A DNA stretch of 64,000 nt. Origin: Accumulibacter sp. Its GTDB lineage: Bacteria > Pseudomonadota > Gammaproteobacteria > Burkholderiales > Rhodocyclaceae. Under the pieces are notes generated by a model, which ran no database searches, had not been told where the DNA came from, and saw only the letters and a program-made list of their open reading frames with translations. Of this stretch, positions 18,901 to 27,154 are shown in pieces. A program made the translations under genes and the position numbers. The DNA lies in the NCBI RefSeq assembly GCF_023806625.1, contig NZ_JAMTDX010000099.1:3746-67745 (forward strand), in the 5' to 3' direction. The stretch's first letter is position 1. Every line of letters begins with the position of its first letter.

Positions 18901-19769
18901 CGCCAGGTGCGCAGAGCGGCGAGCCAGTTCCGGTAATGGCGCGCCTGCAGCCGGCGCCCGTCGACCTGCCGGCGCGCGACGGCCTCGTCGAGCAGTTGCT
19001 CGAGCTCGTCGACCCAGTCGATCCACGGCGCCTTGAGCTCGCCCAGGCGCTGTTCGCGCGCCGTGCGCGCGCGCGGCACACTGAGCGCGGGCGACTCCGC
19101 TGCGCAGAGCGAGCCGGCATGATCGACGAGCCCGCCGAGCGCCTTGCGCAGCCCGTCGGGATCCGCCCACCACGGCATCAGCTCGCCGAGCGACTGGGCG
19201 TCGAGGGGAACGACGAAGCTGCGCCAGTAGTCTCGGACGACTTCTCCGAGCAGATCTTCCTGATCGGCTTCGAGCGTCTGAACGAACAGGCTGTTGCTGT
19301 CGAAGGCGTGCTCGCGGAGCATCCGTTGGCACCAGCCGTGGATCGTCCACACCGCGGCTTCGTCCATCGCCTCGGCGGCGAGCTGCAGCCGGCGCGCGCA
19401 GGCCGGCCATTGATCGGCTGCGTACTGCCCGCGCAGATCGTCGAGCAGGTCTTCGCCGGCTCCGGCGGCCGGTCGATCGTCGGCGATCTCGCGGAAGCGC
19501 GTCGCCGCTTCCGCGAGCCGGCGGCGAATCCGCTCGCGCAGCTCTTCGGTCGCCGCCTCGGTGAAGGTGACGACGAGAATCTCGCGCGGCGCGAGCGGTC
19601 GCCAGCCGTTCGCTGCGCCGTGCCCGAGAACCAGACGCAGGTACAGCGCGGCGATCGCGAAGGTCTTGCCGGTACCGGCGCCCGCCTCGATCAGCTGGCT
19701 GCCGCGCAGCGGAAAGCGCAGCAGGTCGAGTTCGACCGGCCCGTCGCCAGCCAGCGGCACGCCGGTCAC
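15996..19769 (-). CDS. recB: Exodeoxyribonuclease V beta subunit RecB (helicase-nuclease)
   Basis: GTG start overlaps the recC stop (GTGA at 19766-19769). Motifs IEAGAGTGKTF, UvrD-like helicase motifs, and a C-terminal PD-(D/E)xK nuclease block (GFIDLVFEH..YYVADWKSN). Confidence 0.95.
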   Translation of the reverse strand: MTGVPLAGDGPVELDLLRFPLRGSQLIEAGAGTGKTFAIAALYLRLVLGHGAANGWRPLAPREILVVTFTEAATEELRERIRRRLAEAATRFREIADDRPAAGAGEDLLDDLRGQYAADQWPACARRLQLAAEAMDEAAVWTIHGWCQRMLREHAFDSNSLFVQTLEADQEDLLGEVVRDYWRSFVVPLDAQSLGELMPWWADPDGLRKALGGLVDHAGSLCAAESPALSVPRARTAREQRLGELKAPWIDWVDELEQLLDEAVARRQVDGRRLQARHYRNWLAALRTWRDDAGSVSPNLGKGWERLASPGIAELWRNGCPPAHPGWQAISGLQAALAELPDARAEVLRHAARWVAERLAAEQLRRARMGFQDLLTRLDAALHGPSGERLAAVIRAQFPIALIDEFQDTDPLQYRIFDAIYRVERNDPATALVLIGDPKQAIYAFRGADIHTYLRARKACAGRLHTLSTNHRSTRAMVEATNRCFAFAEQRRDGSGAFLFRGAGGNPLPFTAAVARGRDDVLVAEGVELPALTAWWLPPGADGGELGKEASREQIAAACASEIVRLLRLGAAGQAGFTGSGRMRPLTPADVAVLVNARVEADTIRKALGQRGVRSVYLSERESVFASGEAAELQNWLAACADPDDPRCLRRALASRLLAVDWRELDVLEDDDRTWEARVEQFRAYRECWRGQGVLPMLRRLLNDFAVPLRLLDDSDPARGATSGERVLTNLLHLAELLQQASVLLEGEHALIRHLAEQRHDASAGVGGDVRQLRLESDEGLVQVVTVHKSKGLEYPLVFVPFASSCRRIDGAKDLPLRWHDDAGELQLALVADPSLVEGADRERLAEDMRKLYVALTRARYATWVGFAPIADLAHSAAGYLLGAGEEIAASDLPRRLKELRGGLPQIVVAQAPEAGDERFSGPLAPASGSGQARIARRAVRQAWGIASYSSLRVAGDSVNDFPATPAETPVAALVQETLAGVVPGELALPPSGEPRGAGRPTRPLLVGALHDFPRGAEAGTFLHGLLEAAAGHAFSWHDPAPLRERIVRNCRAHGWDRWIEPLAVWLEHFLSTPWRLPPEPGRPAHAVRLAELGASAAEMEFALTTRAVDTGRIDELVCRHTLAGAPRPRLPARRLDGLLRGFIDLVFEHCGLYYVADWKSNWLGAEDAAYTPEAMRGAILHARYDLQYALYLVALHRLLKLRLPDYDYDRHVGGAVYLFLRGSFAAGQGIHFERPPRQLIEALDQLFSGQSAEQSG

Positions 19770-22700
19770 GGATCCTTTCCGGCGTCGACCGGCACGCCGC
19801 CTGCTTCTGTCCCGCCGTGCACCGCCGAGTGAATCGGCCGAAGAAGGCGGTCGACGAACTCGACGAACTCGCCGCCGGCGACGAGCGCCGCGAAATCGGG
19901 ATAGACCAGCGCCAGGGCCGGATCGTTGCCGACTTCGCCAGCGACGCCAAAGCCCCCCTCGTACGCGCTGCGCGCGGCTTCGCGGCCCTCCCTGAGCCAG
20001 GCGAAGCCGGTCTTCACGGCCAGCGGCAGCGGTCGGCACATGCCCTGCTGCCAGGCGTGCAACAGGTCGGTCAACTGCGCCGCCGCCTGCTCGGCCGGCA
20101 ACGGCGGCAGCTCGACGTCGCCGACCTTGCCGACGAGCATCGTGGTCACACGGCCGGCGCAGAGCTGGAGCGCGAGGTGCCTGACCCAGTGAGCGACGAC
20201 GACCTCGCCCCGGTACCGGCGCTTGCGGATCAGGTCTCTGCTTTCGAGCTCGACCCGGCCGAGCCGCCCGGCGGCGTCGCCAAGCAGCCCGCCGAGCCGG
20301 TCGACCACTTCGACGCGCTGGCCGGCGAGGTCGGCGGCGAAGCGGAACTCTCCGGCCCGGTCGACCTCTTGCGGCCAGCGAGCGAGCGCCGCGCCGTAAC
20401 GGGCGAACAGGTCGTCGATCGGCGCGACGAGCTCGCTCGCCAGGACGTCGGCGAAGGCGCCGGCGGGCAGGTCGCCGCGCCGGCGGAATGCACCGAGCCG
20501 GGCTTCGCGGGCCTCAGCCGGATCGAGTCCGGCGGCGAGTGCGCCGGCCTGAGCGCGGATCAGTTCGTCCTGGAGCGTCCATCGGGTCAGGCCATCAAGG
20601 CCAAACGGCTCGACGTCCTCGCTCGCCGGATCCTCGCCCACGAAGGAAACGCCGAGCCGTTGCTCGAAGAAGGCGCGTACCGGCCGGCTGAGGAATCGCC
20701 CGAGATCGTCGAGCGACAATGGCTCGTCGCGCAGCGCAACGGGCAACGGTTCGTACCGGGCCGCTCGCCGGTGAGCACTGCCGGCGGCCTGCGGCCGCCA
20801 CTCATGCGCATAGGAGAACAACACCGAGTTCTCGGGATCGCGCGGAAAGTAGTCGGCGCTGAACGCCTGCAGACGATGCTCGGTGGTCAGGCCGGCGAGC
20901 AGGGCCTCGCCGCTGCCCGGACCCGGGTATCCTGAGCGTGTCCAGCCCGCGGCCAGGTGATCGCGGAGCTGGCCGACGAGCACCGACGGTGGCCGCGGCC
21001 GGTTGTCGTGCACACTGCGCCCGATCCACGAGACGTGCAGCCGCTCGCGGGCCGAGAGGAGCGCTTCGAGGAACAGATAGCGGTCGTCCTCGCGCCGCGA
21101 ACGGTCGCCCGGACGATGCTCGTCGGCCATCAGGTCGAAGTCCATCGCCGTACGGCTGCGCGGGTAGTCGCCGTCGTTCATTCCGAGCAGGCAGACGTAA
21201 CGGAAGGGAATCGCACGCATCGGCATCAGCGTCGCGAAGGTGATCGCTCCGCCGAGAAAGCTCTGCGTCATCCCGCCGTCGTCGAGGCTGGACAGCCAGT
21301 TCTCGGCGACCACCGAGAGCGGCAGGGGCTCTTCGACAGCGGCCTCGGCGCTGGCTGCCTGCCAGGCCTGCAGCGCCTCATCGAGTTGCAGCAGGGTCAG
21401 CGCGTCGCGGCCTTCGGCGGCGACGAAGAAGTCGGCGATCAGCCTGCGCAGGCGAACACACCAGACGTCGACGGTGGCCGGCTCGCGCAGCGCTCGCCAG
21501 TTGTCGTCGAGGCGCTCGACGAGTTGCACCAGCGTGCCGAGCAGCGCCGCCTCGAGCCCGCCGATCCCGTCGCACGGTTCGATCTGCTGCCAGGCGCCGC
21601 CGCTTCCGCCGACCGCGTAGCCGAGGAGCATCCGCCGCAGGCCGAACAGCCAGGTGTTGCGCGCCGGTTCGTCGCCCACCGCCGGCAGACCGAGGCCTGC
21701 GCGCTGCTCGTCGTGCAGGCCCCAGCGAACGTTGGCCGCGCGGATCCACCGCCTCAGGCGCGGCAGGTCGTTTGCGCCGATGGCGAAACGCCGCTGCAGC
21801 GCAGGCACTTCCAGGAGGTCGAGCAGGTCGCTGACCGCGAGCCGGGACTGCGGCAGGTCGAGCAGCTTTTGCAGCGCGTTGAGCAGCGGCTCGACCTGCC
21901 GCCGCCCGCGGTCGGCGAGGGCAAACGGCAGGTGGCGCGGGTCGCCGGTGTCGACGAGTCCGAACACCGCCTGCACGTGCGGTGCGTAGCGGTCGATGTC
22001 CGGCACCATGACGATGACCTCGTGCGGGGCGAGGCCGGGGTCGTCGTTGAACGCGGCGAGTAGCTGATCGTGAAGGATTTCGACTTCGCGCTGCGCGCTG
22101 TGCGCGACATGGAAGCGGATCGAGACGTCGCGCTCGACGTCGACCGGCGGCCAGCATTCGCGGCTCTCATGAACCGGGCGCAGCTCGAGTATGTCGTCCT
22201 GGAGCTGCTCGAGCAGCGTGCGCCCGCCCGAGGGCTCGAAGAGATCGACGCGCTGCCCGAACGCCGCGAGCTGCGGCAAAAGGCGCGCTTGCGCCAGATC
22301 GCTGTCGTGCTCGTCGAGCAGCCCGATGAAGTCGCGTCCCTGCTTGCCCCAGGCGGCGAGCAGCGGGTTCGCGTGCAGGTAAAGCTGCTCTTCGGGTATC
22401 TCGCGGGGCACCCGCCGTCGCTGGCGCACGTCCCGCGGGCGCAGCAGGTCACGAGCGGCGACGATGTCGGCCCAGTAATGGCGGCACGGGTTGGGCACGC
22501 AGACCAGCACCTGCGTCCAGCGGGCGATCTCCGCGAGCACCTCGAGCGACTGCCCGGGCAGACTGGAGATGCCGAAGACGATCAGCCTTCGCGGCAGGCC
22601 GGCCGGTCTTTCGCCCGACGGCCAGCTGCGCGCGCAGCGCACGAAGGCCTCATGAACGGCAGCCCGGCCGCGGCTCGCCGCCTCGTCGCGCGGGCCGTGA

Positions 22701-23308
22701 TTGACGCGCACGTCGGCAAGGAGCGCCCGCCAGAGTGCCGCCTGCCATCGCTGACCGGGGTCGAGAGCGCGCTCGCGGTGCTGGCCGTCGATCAGCACGT
22801 CGCGGCCGGCCGCCCAGGCGGTGAGCCAGTCGGCACGGTAAACCTGGTACTGGTCGAACAGATCGGCCAGGCGCCCGGCGAGCTGGAAGCGCTTGCGCGA
22901 ATCGTCGTCGTCGCTGAGAAAGGCGCGCAGCGCGGCGAATTCGGGCTGGTGGGCGAGTTCGGGAAGCAGACGCAGGAGCCGCCAGACCAGCCGCGCCTCG
23001 TCGAACGGCGAGGTTTCGGGAACTGCGCCGGCGCCGAGCAGTGCGCGGTACGCGCGCCAGACGAAGCGCGACGGAAGCAGCGTTTCGATCGCCGCAGCGA
23101 TTCCGCAACCGCCGTCGGCCCCCCGGGGGTCGGCTGCGAGCGCGATCCGCAGCCACTGGGCGATGCCGTTGCTATGCACGAGGACGACCTCGTTGTCCAG
23201 CGGGGCCAGCGGCTGCCGCTTCATCCAGGCGATGACCAGGTCGCGCAGCGACTCGGCGCGATTGCCATGGACGAGGATCAGGCCGGGTTCAGGCTGGACT
23301 GTGGCCAC
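19766..23308 (-). CDS. recC: Exodeoxyribonuclease V gamma subunit RecC
   Basis: 1180 aa. N-terminus LILVHGNRAESLRDLV...VLVHSNGIAQWL is typical of RecC. First gene of the recC-recB-recD unit. Confidence 0.95.
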   Translation of the reverse strand: MATVQPEPGLILVHGNRAESLRDLVIAWMKRQPLAPLDNEVVLVHSNGIAQWLRIALAADPRGADGGCGIAAAIETLLPSRFVWRAYRALLGAGAVPETSPFDEARLVWRLLRLLPELAHQPEFAALRAFLSDDDDSRKRFQLAGRLADLFDQYQVYRADWLTAWAAGRDVLIDGQHRERALDPGQRWQAALWRALLADVRVNHGPRDEAASRGRAAVHEAFVRCARSWPSGERPAGLPRRLIVFGISSLPGQSLEVLAEIARWTQVLVCVPNPCRHYWADIVAARDLLRPRDVRQRRRVPREIPEEQLYLHANPLLAAWGKQGRDFIGLLDEHDSDLAQARLLPQLAAFGQRVDLFEPSGGRTLLEQLQDDILELRPVHESRECWPPVDVERDVSIRFHVAHSAQREVEILHDQLLAAFNDDPGLAPHEVIVMVPDIDRYAPHVQAVFGLVDTGDPRHLPFALADRGRRQVEPLLNALQKLLDLPQSRLAVSDLLDLLEVPALQRRFAIGANDLPRLRRWIRAANVRWGLHDEQRAGLGLPAVGDEPARNTWLFGLRRMLLGYAVGGSGGAWQQIEPCDGIGGLEAALLGTLVQLVERLDDNWRALREPATVDVWCVRLRRLIADFFVAAEGRDALTLLQLDEALQAWQAASAEAAVEEPLPLSVVAENWLSSLDDGGMTQSFLGGAITFATLMPMRAIPFRYVCLLGMNDGDYPRSRTAMDFDLMADEHRPGDRSRREDDRYLFLEALLSARERLHVSWIGRSVHDNRPRPPSVLVGQLRDHLAAGWTRSGYPGPGSGEALLAGLTTEHRLQAFSADYFPRDPENSVLFSYAHEWRPQAAGSAHRRAARYEPLPVALRDEPLSLDDLGRFLSRPVRAFFEQRLGVSFVGEDPASEDVEPFGLDGLTRWTLQDELIRAQAGALAAGLDPAEAREARLGAFRRRGDLPAGAFADVLASELVAPIDDLFARYGAALARWPQEVDRAGEFRFAADLAGQRVEVVDRLGGLLGDAAGRLGRVELESRDLIRKRRYRGEVVVAHWVRHLALQLCAGRVTTMLVGKVGDVELPPLPAEQAAAQLTDLLHAWQQGMCRPLPLAVKTGFAWLREGREAARSAYEGGFGVAGEVGNDPALALVYPDFAALVAGGEFVEFVDRLLRPIHSAVHGGTEAGGVPVDAGKDP

Positions 23309-23620
23309 TCGGGACTCGATCGATCAACGGCTCGCCGATACTGGACTCCGACGGCGCGCGGAAGCCGGCGATCGGGGTCGCGGAAACGCCGTCGAACAGC
23401 CAGGTCCGGAGACCTCCGGCAGCGTCGCCCGACGGCACCCGCCGCCGGGGCGAATCTTACGCCCACGGCGCCGCAACGACCAGCAGGCCGACGCGCCGAA
23501 GCCCTGGCGGCGGCCGATTCGACAGCCCGCCCGGGCAGCAGATATACTTTCCCGGCAACGCCTCGCCACCGCCGGTCCCGTCTGGCCGCCGCTCCGTCTG
23601 TCGTGCCTGCCGATCGGCGT

Positions 23621-23662
23621 ACCTGGCCTGCGCGAGCACCTGGCCTGCGCGAGCACCTGGCC
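23621..23662. repeat. 17-bp tandem duplication (2 full units plus 8 nt)
   Basis: ACCTGGCCTGCGCGAGC at 23621-23637 and 23638-23654, then ACCTGGCC. It ends 20 nt upstream of the HAMP sensor GTG. Confidence 0.95.
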
Positions 23663-23681
23663 ACTGTCCCCGGAGCCTGAT

Positions 23682-25373
23682 GTGGGCAAGCTTTCCAGCA
23701 AACTGCGGATCGGCGAAAAAATCGGCCTGGGCTTCGCGCTCGTCGGGCTGCTCTTCGCCGGGGTCATCTGGCACTTCCACGAGACGCTGCACTCGCTGCT
23801 CGGCGACTACCAGCAGCTGCAGACCGTCCACGAGGCGAGGAAGTCGCTCGCTCTGGAGATCGAAATCGAGATGGCCGCCGCCCGCGACGCCGAGAAGAAC
23901 TTCCTGCTCCTGCGCCGCGAGCGTTTCGCCGAAGAAGTGACCAGACACCTGGAGGTGCTGCGCGAGAAGGTCGGCGCGTTTGCCGCGATCGACGAGCCGT
24001 CCCGCCGGACTGCCGAGGAACTGTCCGCGCTGCTCGCCGCCTACGAGCGGAGCTTCGCTGCGCTCGCCGACGCCTGGAGGAGCATGGGCCTCGACGAGAA
24101 CTCGGGAATCCAGGGCGCTTTCCGGCAGAAGATCCACCGCCTGCACGAACTTTCCGCGCAATACAACATCGACCAGCTGTATACCGTTCTTCTGCAGATC
24201 CGGCGCAATGAAAAGGATCTCGCGCTGCGCCTCGACCCGGCCTACCGCGATCGGGTGCGCCGGCTGACCGCCGAGTTCCGGCAACTTGTCGAGAGTTCCG
24301 AGCTGCCCGAGGCAACCCGACAGAGGCTGCGCTCAGACCTCGCAGCCTACGCGCGAAGCTTCGACGAGTACGCAGACAGAGTGCTCCGGACCGGCCAGGC
24401 GGATGGCGGCAAGGGGCCGTTCCGCGAAGCCGCGCAACGCATCGAGGCGCTGCTCGACACCTATCACGTCGCCAACCTCGAAACCGGCGTGCTGCAGTTG
24501 CGCCGCCGCGAGAAGGACTTCCTGCTGCGTGGTGACGAGTCGTACCCGCCGATGGTCGTCGAGCTCGCCCGCGAGCTCCGCGCCCGGATCAGCGAGTCGG
24601 CGATTCCGGCCGCAGACAAGGCCGTCCTTCTCGGCCTCCTGCGCGACTATCAGCGAAGCTTCCTGGTCCTCGTCTCGCAGCATGCGAGGATCCGCGAGCT
24701 GAGCGAAGAAATGGACTCTGCCGCGGCCCGCGTCGCGCCGCTGATCCAGCGCAACGTCGATGAAGCGAACCGGACGATGGCCTCGCGGGTCGCCACGATC
24801 GGCGAGTCCTCACGGGCCGCCGTGCGCGTGGACCTGATCGTCCTGTTCTGCGCGATCGCCGCCGGCCTCACCGTCGCGACGCTGATCACCATCGGCATCG
24901 TCCGCCCGGTTCGTCAGATGGCCGGACTGCTCGACGATCTCGCCTACGGCTCGCCAGCCGGCCGGGTTGACACCGTCGCCGACGGCCGCGACGAGATCAA
25001 CGCGATGGGCCAGTCGCTGAACGCGCTGATCGACCACCGGGCCAACTTCCTGGGCTGGTGGAAGGCATCGATGGGCGAGCTCGCTGCGGCACGTGATCTG
25101 CATGCCGCCGAGGACGACGCAACCCGCGATCAAGCGACCCGGGAACTTCGCTGGGCAGTCTCGGCGATGCTCCAGCAACTGCGGTCGATCCGCAGCCACG
25201 CCGTCGATCACGCTCGGCGCATCGCCGATCTCGCCCAGCGCTTCAGTTCCACGGGCAGCAGGATCGGCGCAGACGAAGCGAGGACTATCGAGCACTCGCT
25301 GCAGGCCATGGTCGCGCTCCTCGAAGCGGTCGGCGACGACGACACTGCCCAGGACAGGCGGCGAGCCAGTTGA
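23682..25373 (+). CDS. Membrane sensor with a large helical periplasmic domain and a HAMP domain, with no recognisable output domain
   Basis: GTG at 23682. TM1 IGLGFALVGLLFAGVIW, about 330 aa periplasmic with a thrice-repeated R-x-EK(N/D)(F/L)-L-L-R motif, TM2, HAMP (RPVRQMAGLLDDL...DEINAMGQSLNALI), then about 115 aa helical tail. Confidence 0.75.
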   Translation: MGKLSSKLRIGEKIGLGFALVGLLFAGVIWHFHETLHSLLGDYQQLQTVHEARKSLALEIEIEMAAARDAEKNFLLLRRERFAEEVTRHLEVLREKVGAFAAIDEPSRRTAEELSALLAAYERSFAALADAWRSMGLDENSGIQGAFRQKIHRLHELSAQYNIDQLYTVLLQIRRNEKDLALRLDPAYRDRVRRLTAEFRQLVESSELPEATRQRLRSDLAAYARSFDEYADRVLRTGQADGGKGPFREAAQRIEALLDTYHVANLETGVLQLRRREKDFLLRGDESYPPMVVELARELRARISESAIPAADKAVLLGLLRDYQRSFLVLVSQHARIRELSEEMDSAAARVAPLIQRNVDEANRTMASRVATIGESSRAAVRVDLIVLFCAIAAGLTVATLITIGIVRPVRQMAGLLDDLAYGSPAGRVDTVADGRDEINAMGQSLNALIDHRANFLGWWKASMGELAAARDLHAAEDDATRDQATRELRWAVSAMLQQLRSIRSHAVDHARRIADLAQRFSSTGSRIGADEARTIEHSLQAMVALLEAVGDDDTAQDRRRAS

Positions 25374-25468
25374 CGACGACGTCTGGGGAATCGGGCAGTC
25401 GGCGCAGCCACCGTTCCCGGCACGAGCGGTGCCTGATCCGCTCGGCGACGCCGGCGGGGCGTCGCGTG

Positions 25469-25714
25469 CTCGGCAGTCGTGAATGAATCGACTGCGCGGC
25501 CAATCTGCGCGGTTGCCCACTCGCTCGCCCAACGGCCGGCCTTGCACAGGCGGCCGGCGGCGGCGGCGCGCAGCATGCTGCGCGAAACCCCGCCTTCGCC
25601 CTCGCCTATCGATCTGATCGGTCCCGTCGTTCGCTGCATGAGGGAAGAGACCCTCCCCTTCCCTGAAGCCGGGCATCCCGGCCTGCCCGCGACGATTTCT
25701 TGACGACCTCTCAG
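25469..25714 (-). repeat. MITE-like intergenic repeat, copy A (about 246 bp, imperfect terminal inverted repeats)
   Basis: Reverse complement aligns along its whole length with 53631-53880. It includes a 38-nt block with 1 mismatch (AGGGCGAAGGCGGGGTTTCG[C/G]GCAGCATGCTGCGCGCC) and an 18-nt identical block (GCAGATTGGCCGCGCAGT). One terminus (CTGAGAGGTCGT) contains the bpt stop codon. Confidence 0.7.
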
Positions 25715-26442
25715 TCGGGCAGTTCGATCCACTGGCCATCGACGAGCCCTTCGACCGGCCCGAAGTTGGCCTTGTAGGACATTTTCCGACTGTCGCGGAT
25801 CCAGTAGCCGAGGTACAGGTACGGCAGGCGATTGGCGGCGCACTGGGCGATCTGCCAGACGATGTTGTAGGTGCCGAAACTCGCGCCGTGCTCGTCGGGA
25901 TCGTAGAAGGTATAGACCGACGACAGTCCGTCGGGCAGGACGTCGATGATGCTGACGATGCGCAGCATGCCGTCTTCGGCAAACTCGATCAGCCGGGTAT
26001 CGACACGGCTCTGGAGCAGAAAGTGCGTGTATTGCTCGTGACTGTCCTGGTCCATCCCGCCGCCGGCGTGCCGCGCCGACTGATAGCGCAGATAGAGCCG
26101 GTAATGCTCCTCGCGAAAGCAGAGCGGCATTTCGCGCGCCTGCAAGGCCGTGTGCCTGCGGACGCTTCGCCGCTGGCTGCGATTGGGCGCGAAACGCTCG
26201 ACCGGGATGCGCACCGGAACGCAGGCCTGGCAGCTGTCGCACTTCGGGCGATAGGTGAACACGCCGCTGCGCCGAAAACCGCTGCGCACGAGTTCGCCAT
26301 AGACTTCGCTGCTGATCAGATGGCTCGGCGTGGCCACCTGCGAGCGCGCTCGTTCTTCGGGCAGGTAGCTGCAGGCGTACGGCGCGGTGGAGTAGAACTG
26401 CAGCAGCGAGAAAGGCAGCCCGGAATCGTTGAGTCGCGACAT
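25711..26442 (-). CDS. bpt: Arginyl-tRNA--protein transferase (Bpt, N-degron pathway)
   Basis: Motifs [34 protein letters not shown]. An alternative upstream ATG at 26472 would overlap aat by 26 nt. Confidence 0.9.
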   Translation of the reverse strand: MSRLNDSGLPFSLLQFYSTAPYACSYLPEERARSQVATPSHLISSEVYGELVRSGFRRSGVFTYRPKCDSCQACVPVRIPVERFAPNRSQRRSVRRHTALQAREMPLCFREEHYRLYLRYQSARHAGGGMDQDSHEQYTHFLLQSRVDTRLIEFAEDGMLRIVSIIDVLPDGLSSVYTFYDPDEHGASFGTYNIVWQIAQCAANRLPYLYLGYWIRDSRKMSYKANFGPVEGLVDGQWIELPD

Positions 26443-26446
26443 GCGC

Positions 26447-27154
26447 CTAGGTCCAGGGTTGGCCTGCGCCATCGCTCGGCCATCTTCCCGGTTCCCGGGC
26501 GACGGCGAGGAGCGTGCGCAAGCGGGCGACGAAAGCCTCGCGCGGGATCTCCCGCGCGCCGAGAGAAGCGAGGTGCCCGGTGCTCATCTGGCAATCTATC
26601 ATGCCGTAGCCCTCGGCTTCAAGGAAACGGGCAAGGTGTGCGGCAGCCACTTTCGAGGCGTTGCTGACCAGCGAGAACATCGATTCGCCGAAGAAGGCGC
26701 GGCCGATCGCCAGACCATAGAGACCGCCGACCAACCGCTCTCCGTCCCAGGTCTCGACCGAATGCGCGATCCCCAGGCGGAACAGCCGCTGGTAAGCGAG
26801 TTGCATCTCGCCAGTGATCCAGGTGCCCCGCTGTCCGGCGCGCGGGGTCACGGCGCAGGCGTGGACCACCGCCGGAAAGCTGCTGTCCAGCCTGACTTCG
26901 AAACGCCCTGCGCGGAGGATCCGGCGCAGCGAGCGCGAAACGCGGAAATCGGCCGGGAACATCACCATCCGCGGATCGGGACTCCACCAGAGGATCGGAT
27001 CACCATTCGAGTACCAGGGGAAGATGCCCCGCTGGTAAGCCTCGATAAGCCGCCGCGGGGAAAGGTCGCCGCCAGCGCAGAGCAGGCCGTTGGGGTCGCG
27101 CAGCGCGGTCTCGACGGGCGGGAAGGCCATTGCGCCTTCGATCCACGGAATCAT
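26447..27154 (-). CDS. aat: Leucyl/phenylalanyl-tRNA--protein transferase
   Basis: Motifs [38 protein letters not shown] and GESMFS. ATG overlaps the upstream ABC ATPase stop (ATGA at 27151-27154). Confidence 0.92.
   Translation of the reverse strand: MIPWIEGAMAFPPVETALRDPNGLLCAGGDLSPRRLIEAYQRGIFPWYSNGDPILWWSPDPRMVMFPADFRVSRSLRRILRAGRFEVRLDSSFPAVVHACAVTPRAGQRGTWITGEMQLAYQRLFRLGIAHSVETWDGERLVGGLYGLAIGRAFFGESMFSLVSNASKVAAAHLARFLEAEGYGMIDCQMSTGHLASLGAREIPREAFVARLRTLLAVAREPGRWPSDGAGQPWT

Noticed and set aside
14005-19832. Long plus-strand ORFs (14005-16035, 15495-17216, 17310-19832) opposite recD and recB.
   Set aside because: The translations are low-complexity and Arg/Ala/Gly/Pro-rich. The opposite strand encodes full-length RecD and RecB with all helicase and nuclease motifs.
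23621-23662. The tandem repeats here and at 37467-37506, considered as possible CRISPR arrays.
   Set aside because: The units are directly abutting, with no spacers. They are only 17 bp and 7 bp long, there are no cas genes in the window, and the units lack the dyad symmetry typical of CRISPR repeats.
25479-25703. A 74-aa ORF inside repeat copy A and the matching ORF 53526-53963 inside copy B. Their translations look similar (..STARPIC..ARSMLRETPPSP..).
   Set aside because: The opposite-strand translations are equally similar (..GFAQHAAR..ADWPRSRF..). Substitutions are not concentrated at third positions, and a 1-nt indel breaks the frame near the end. The conservation is therefore at the nucleotide level, so I treated these as a repeat element and not as a small-protein family.
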